Shown: piece after piece, positions 33,256 to 39,548 of the stretch
How positions within the stretch are numbered: position 1 is the stretch's first letter
How the letters are laid out: every line of letters begins with the position of its first letter
Origin: Chiloscyllium plagiosum
Lineage: Eukaryota
Length of the DNA stretch: 39,548 nucleotides
Direction: 5' to 3'
Assembly: GCF_004010195.1 (NCBI RefSeq)
Contig: NC_057752.1
Coordinates: forward strand, 15,895,348 to 15,934,895
The notes under the pieces: model-generated
What the model was told of the DNA's origin: nothing
Databases searched by the model: none
What the model saw: only the letters and a program-made list of their open reading frames with translations
Position numbers and translations under genes: made by a program

Positions 33256-34525
33256 TTATTGAATGTCCTTGTACCTTCAGAAGCATTGACTTCACTTCCA
33301 CCTATATTTTACCTGGATCTCAAACTGCACTGGCTGAAACTCTGCAACATGTTAAGCTTTGGAACAGGTCAGGCTGTTTATCAGTAACTGTGAAAAACTG
33401 CAAATGAATGTTGCACTTGGGATCTTTTGTCACAATATGATCTTTCCTCCTTTAAATTCTCATGACCTGTGGTGTATTTTTAGCACTTTGTGATGATCTG
33501 GGTTCATATGATGCATTTTTTCACTCTCTGGAACGAAGAGTTGGACTCTAGGCAGAGTACAACAGCTTTTGAAATGGGGGCATGTTGAAGGATGCTTCAA
33601 ATTATTTGGATGGACATTAGGACCAATGGGTGTGTTGATCAATAGAAGAAGTTCAGGAATCAAAAGGGTTGCTATCTACAGTTAGAGACAAAAGGTAGCC
33701 AAGTTCAGTCATTGGAAATAAAGACCCATTGGCCACCTTGGCAAAAGCTGATGGAGAGATTGAGCATTAAATTGATACAGAAAGGGAAGTGTCAGGCGGG
33801 TGGATAACACTGAGATATGAACTCAGGGAGGCACAACAATACTGATGGTCCCACTAAAGTGACAGTGAAAATAAATTAAAGCTGATGATGATAACCCTTC
33901 ACCAGCTCAGAAATGTAGCTGGTGGTCACACCGTTGACATTATGTTCTGTAAATCTCTGCTGATATTAACTTCTGCTTTGAATAACTATCTTTCTCGTCT
34001 TTCCACCATGACCCCTACTTGGAATACAGTTCCAGAACAACACTGCAGTGGTTATCTATCATGCTGCAAGGACTGTTAGCATGGCTTCTCAACCAAGGCC
34101 ATCACAACTGACCAAGCAGAATTAGCAACACTCTTCTCCTTAAGCTATGCCTTCAAGCTGAGTTGGAGACAGGGTGTGGTGGTGCGTAAGCAGAAAAATT
34201 AAGGAAGAGCTGGGAAAAGGAGACACTCTGTAAAGATTTTAATTTTGTATTCATTAGCACAGATGCATGAATATCAAATTTCCAACCAAGAATACCACAG
34301 AAATGTCTTGGTCAATAGAATCCATTTACCAAACCATTGACACTTTGCTTCTTGTTCAACATAAATTGTTGCTCCCTTTGAGATTGGGCGTTGTTGCAAT
34401 TCTGTCCTGATGTGGAAGTGGAAAGGTTCAACATTATTTCTTTTTTGTCAATAATTCTCAAATTGTGGACCAACAAATGGTTATTATATCTATTAATTCT
34501 CTCTTTCTTTCTCTATTAATGTTAG

Positions 34526-35050
34526 TGTCCTGACTGCAATTACCTTGTGCAGAGAGTGGATCCAGACAACCTGTGTGTGGAGTGCCTGTCATGTTCTAAT
34601 GTGAAAGGGAAACTCTACCAATTCTGCTGGGATTGTATGAGAGAGTGGAATAACCCAGCATCACAGAACACTGACTGCGGCAACAAATCCTGCAGCATCA
34701 CCGCAATGCTGCTGTCCTGTCCACTCATCGAGGCCCCCAACATTGAGGTACACCAGTGCCCAGTGGTGAGGGCATGTCCCAATTGCGAGACCTTGGTTTC
34801 TCACTGTCAGCAGGGCTGTCCACAAGTAATGTGTCCCAACTGTTTTTATGAATTCTGTTATCGTTGCCTGGGCATTGAAGGGTGTAAATTTGCTGAATTT
34901 GTGGAACTGAGGGATGAAGATGATGATGATGATGATGATGACTCAGTTTACGAAGATCTTAATGATTTCTCCGAGTGTATCAGAGCTGGAAGACAGAAAA
35001 TTACTGGCAGAAAGAACTATAAAATTAATCCAAACTGGACAGGGATTTGA
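34526..35050 (+). CDS. RBR-like E3 ligase terminal coding exon: IBR + RING2(Rcat)-like + acidic tail
   Basis: Pyrimidine tract and ttag acceptor. Reads CPDC..CLSC..FCWDCMREW (IBR) and CPNC..GCPQVMCPNC..FCYRC (RING2), TGA at 35048-35050. In frame with the upstream exon. Confidence 0.92.
   Translation, partial: CPDCNYLVQRVDPDNLCVECLSCSNVKGKLYQFCWDCMREWNNPASQNTDCGNKSCSITAMLLSCPLIEAPNIEVHQCPVVRACPNCETLVSHCQQGCPQVMCPNCFYEFCYRCLGIEGCKFAEFVELRDEDDDDDDDDSVYEDLNDFSECIRAGRQKITGRKNYKINPNWTGI
34919..34942 (+). repeat. (GAT)7GAC coding microsatellite, poly-Asp8
   Basis: Read directly in the terminal exon. Confidence 0.95.
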
Positions 35051-35156
35051 CAGATAGTGAAGTGGAAGGTGATTTTAATTATCAATTCAGCTAACCTCAA
35101 AACAGTCATGATGTAAGGAATGAGAGACTCAATCTCCTCCTCCCAGTCAGGTTCTA

Positions 35157-35265
35157 CTGATGCAGTAGTCATGTCCCAACCTGTGTGGCAGGAGGCCATG
35201 GTTCAGGTTCCACCTGCTCCAGAGATGTGTTATACCATCTCTGAACAGGTTGATTAAAAATATCC
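35157..35265 (+). mobile_element. Possible short decayed tRNA-derived SINE
   Basis: A-box-like tgcagtagt, B-box-like ggttcaggttcc. Confidence 0.35.
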
Positions 35266-35337
35266 TCTTCTTTCCAGTGTTGGTCAAGTCACAAGAAAAG
35301 CTGTGCGCAGAACAGCTTTGATATGAACTGATTTAAA

Positions 35338-37801
35338 GTGGTCACTTTAAATCACGACCACTTCCACCCCTACCCTCGCCCCCTTCAGATCCCACAGTCA
35401 CCATCTCCTCCCCCACCGACACCCGAGGTGAGTGTCACTTCTGGACATGACGTCATCCCAGTCCCTCCACTACCACGCCACTCCAGTTAGAGTCTCCACC
35501 CCCACTCCCAGCTCCACTCGGTAATGGCTCCCAGCCCTGCCAAGTTTTCACCATTCCCCCCAGATCTCCCCCTCACTGAGGATAAATGAACAGTCCTCAG
35601 CAAACACCTTACCTTCATCCCCCTCTACTCCCGGATCAACAAATTCAACACTCGTTGAGGCAGTGAAAACTTCTTCCACTGTCTCCGCCTTGAGCTTACT
35701 TTTTCCATCAAGACTCCTGCCCACCTTCCAAGGACCCCTTCGCCCGCCTCCAATACACCCTATCCACCTGGACACTCCGTGTCGGTCTGTTACCCGCCCT
35801 CGACCTCTTTATTTCCAACTACCGCTAGGACATTGACCGCCTCAACCTGTCCACCCCTCTCACCCACTCCAACCTCTCACCCTCACAATGCGCAGCCTTC
35901 CACTCCCTCTGCTCCAACCCCAACCTTACCTTCAAATGGACAAGTGGGGGGGTTGCAGTGGTAGTTTGGCGCACTGACCTCTACACTGCTGAAACCAGGC
36001 ACCAACTTGAAGACATCTTCTCCTACCGCCCCCTCGACCATGACCTCACCTCCCATCACCAAACCATCATCTCCCGGACCAAACACAATCTCATCACCTC
36101 AGGGGATCTCCCACCCACAGCTTTCAACCTCATAGTTCGGGAACCCTGCACCAAGCCTGACTACCCTGGCCCAGCCATCATCTCAGCCTGCTCCTGCCCC
36201 ACTGAATTCTCTCCATATCTCTCGATACTGTCCTATTCCCGCCTGATCCAGGAACTCCCCACGCACATTCAGGACACCACCCACGCCTTCCACCTCCTAC
36301 AAGACTTCCGTTTCCCTTGCCCCCAATGCCTCATCTTCACCATTGACATCCAGCCCCTATACACCTCCATCCACTATGATCACGGCCTCCAAGCCGTCCG
36401 TTTCTTCCTCTCCCGACATTTCCACCAGTACCCTTCCACAGACTACTCTCATTCATTTGGCGGAACTGGTCCTCACCCTCAACAATTTCTCTTTCAAATC
36501 CTCCCACTTCCTCCAGATGAAAGGGGTAGCCATGGGCACCCACATGGGCCCCAGCTATGCCTGTTTCTTTGTTGGTTACGTGGAACAGTCCATCTTCTGC
36601 AGTTACACTGGCACTACTCCCCACCTTTTCCTCCGCTACATTGATGACATATCAGCGCCACCTTGTGCTCCCATGAGGAGGTTGAACAGTTTGTCAACTT
36701 CACCAACACATTCCACCCCAAACTTAAGTTCACCTGGACCATCTCAGACACCTCCCCACTTCCTGGACCTCTCCATCAATGGTGACTGACTCAATACTGA
36801 TTTCTACAAATCAGCCGACTCCCACAGCTACCTGGATTACATCTCTTCCCACCCTGCCTCCTATAAAATGCTATGCCTTATTCCCAATTCCTCTGCCGCA
36901 TCTGTTCCTAGGAGGACCAGTCACACCACAGAACACACCAGATGGTCTCCTTCTTTAAAGATCGCAATTTCCCCTCCCACGTAGTTGATGATGCCTTCCA
37001 GAGTATCTCATCCACTTCCTACATCTCCACCCTCGAACCCCACCCCTCCAACCCACAGAAATTGCAAAACCTGCACCCAAACCTCCCCCCCCCCCCCCCC
37101 CACCTCCATCCAAGGTCCCAAAGGAACCTTCCACATCCATCAAAGTTTCACCTGCACATCCACACGTCATTTACTATATCCGTTGCTCCCGATGCAATCT
37201 CCTCTACATTGAGGAGACAGGACACCTATTTGCAGAGTGATTCAGAAAACATCTCCGGAACACCTGCACCCAACTCCAACTCCACCACCCTGTGGTAGAA
37301 CACTTCAACTCCCTCTCCCACTCCGCCAAGGACGTGCAGGCCCTGGGCCTCCTCCAGTGCCACTCCCTAACCAACCAACGGCTGAAGGAAGAACACTTCA
37401 TCTTCCGCCTCAGAACCCTCCAACCCCATGGCATCAATGTGGATATCACCAGTTTCCTCAATTCTCCTCCCCAATTTCCCATTTCCCCTTCCCCCCCCCT
37501 TATCCCAGTTCCAACCTTGCAGCTCAGCAGTGCCCTCACGACCTGTCCTACTTGTCTACCTTCCTTCCCACCTATCTGCTCCACCCTCCCCTCCGACCTA
37601 TCACCATTACCCCCACCTCCATCCACCTATCGCACTCTTAGCTACCTTCCCCCAGCCCCAACAACACCCTCCCATTTATTGCTTACCCCCGAGGTTCCCA
37701 GACTCATTCCTGATGAAGGGCTTTTGCCCGAAACGCCAATTCTCCTGCTCCTTGGATGCTGCCTGACCTGCTGTGCTTTTCCAGCATTACACTCTTGACA
37801 C
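35338..37801 (+). mobile_element. Penelope-like element (family 1), decayed RT + GIY-YIG + pLTR
   Basis: QMKGVAMGTHMGPSYA..FLRYIDD; RLKEEHFIFRLRTLQPHGIN; mutated hammerhead at ~37705-37742; perfect 14-bp TSD tgaactgatttaaa at 35324-35337 and 37802-37815. Confidence 0.93.
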
Positions 37802-38794
37802 TGAACTGATTTAAACACTTACCTTCACAAATATTGGCAACCCGACTCTATCCAACAAGAATGACAAAAATAACAAAAAGCTAAAACTTTCATGTATTGC
37901 AACTCTTAATCCTTAATGTGCATTCATATTACAAATGAATTTTGAAGTGTATCAATTATTGTCAGAGATAGATAATCTATTTCACTGTATCCTACCTATA
38001 GGTCTACCACCTAATTCACAACAGAGTCTCTACACTTTCAACAGCTTCACAATCCTCTGCCATCTCTATAGTTTTGTAAAGCACCATAGAAGAGATGAGA
38101 AAAAAATGTCTTCCCTCAAAAGGGTTGTTATGAATCTTTATAATTCTTTCCCAAAGTGGATGCTTATTTTTTGAATATATTTAAGACTTGTTTGTTGGTC
38201 TCTCACAGTATCAAGTGAAAGCCCAAATAGTTGAAGCCCAAGATTAACTACTGATTGCAGTGAAAGCCAGAGTATGCTTGACGGGCTAAATGGTCTGCTC
38301 CTACTCCTATTTCTTGTATTCTTATTTATAACAATAAAGGCGAAGAGAAATGCACATTTTGAGCAATGTCATTCCGCCATACTATTTCAACATACTGAAG
38401 TAAACTTTATGTTGGAATTAACATACATTTTTGTAATGTGTTTCTTTTAATTTTTCTCCTCCTCTGTTAAAGGGATAGGATCCTGAACAGATACCATTCT
38501 ACACAAGTCTTGTCCCATCTTGGCCAGGTTATAATTCTTTATATGGGTCTAGCCAATTTGTCTGCAGGAGCGAGAACCATGTTTTAATCTTCACTTGTCC
38601 TCAATTAATGTCTGTTTGCACTTTGTTGCGAAAATAATAGGATATGGCAATCAGGAGCACAAACCCAGATATGTTTCCCATTCCTGGAATTTCTTTGGTT
38701 AATGAGTGCAGGAAGGCTATTCAGCCCCTCCATCCTGATACATAAGTGCAGAAGAAATAAGATGTGCATTTACATAATGCATTTAGCAACCACT

Positions 38795-39265
38795 GGTTGA
38801 GTCGAAGATTTTTCCTTGAGTTAATGATGTTAAGATCAAGGACTCAGGGGGTTGAGTTCTAGGGAAAAGTTGAATAAATTGGGGTATTTTCCTTGGAGCA
38901 TCACAGCCTGAGGCATGACCTTATAGAGTTTCATAAAATCATGAGGGGCATGAATAGAGTGAATAGCCAAGGTTTTTTTTTTAGGTTGGGGGAGTCCAAA
39001 ACTAGAGGGCATAAGTTTAAGGTGAGAGGGGAAAGATTTAAAAAGGACCTGGGGTAGATTTTACACACACAGAGTGGTGCATGTATGGAATGAGCTGCCA
39101 GAGGAAATAGTGGAAGTGGGTAGAATTACATTTAAAAGGTGTTTGGATGGATACATGAATAGAAAAGATTTACAGGGATCTCGGCCAAATGCTGGCAATT
39201 GGGACTAGGTCTGGTCAGCACAGACAAGTTGAACCAAAGGGTCTATTTCCATGCTGTATGACTAA
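38795..39265 (+). mobile_element. CR1 3' fragment
   Basis: Matches other CR1 ends (gtatggaatgagctgccagagg..ccatgctgtatgact). Confidence 0.88.
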
Positions 39266-39444
39266 GTGTAACATTAGAAACGCAGCAGTCAAGTATTACA
39301 CAGTAAGCTCCCACAGACAGTACAATATCTGTTGTTAACATATTGTATGAAAGACAAATATAGGGCAACATATTGATGATAATAACTGATATTGATATAG
39401 TGCCACAGTATCTTCAATATCCAGAGAGACCAAACACTCTGTTC

Positions 39445-39548
39445 ACCCCCAGCACCCACATCTCCAACACCACCCACACTATCCACCCCATAACTAACAT
39501 CTTCAACACCATCCATACTATCCACACCCTCAACACCACCCACATTAT
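39445..39548. repeat. CA/CCA-rich low-complexity repeat
   Basis: caacaccacccacactatccacacc-like units; runs off the window. Confidence 0.7.

Noticed and set aside
33420..34200. Possible additional exon or named repeat in the last intron
   Set aside because: Only faint LINE-like remnants; the flanking exons already join in frame.

Overview
Vertebrate nuclear DNA, very probably an elasmobranch (shark), inferred from HE1/V-type SINEs and their CR1 partner LINEs. Most of the window is decayed, nested retroelements: CR1-clade and Rex1-clade LINEs, tRNA-derived SINEs, Penelope-like elements (PLEs) and one Gypsy LTR remnant. One host gene runs through it on the + strand: a spliced RBR-like (degenerate RING1-IBR-RING2) E3 ubiquitin ligase of about 288 aa. 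Its exons are 19684-19781, 21621-21770 and 34526-35050, plus a probable ATG exon at 15801-15894. Nearly all ORF-track entries are retroelement fragments or antisense shadows. Most notable signals: (1) about ten minimal hammerhead-ribozyme motifs from 2-3 PLE families, several on 80-205 bp solo insertions with 11-16 bp target-site duplications (TSDs), including an identical young subfamily and an 83-bp perfect hairpin; (2) a Gypsy LTR split by a tandemly duplicated, poly(A)-ended, non-coding ~2 kb unit of unknown origin; (3) the atypical Zn-ligand and catalytic pattern of the RBR-like protein. Assembly gaps lie at 9925-10206 and 26935-27007. All calls were made by eye, so repeat boundaries without a TSD are approximate and family names are unverified by search.
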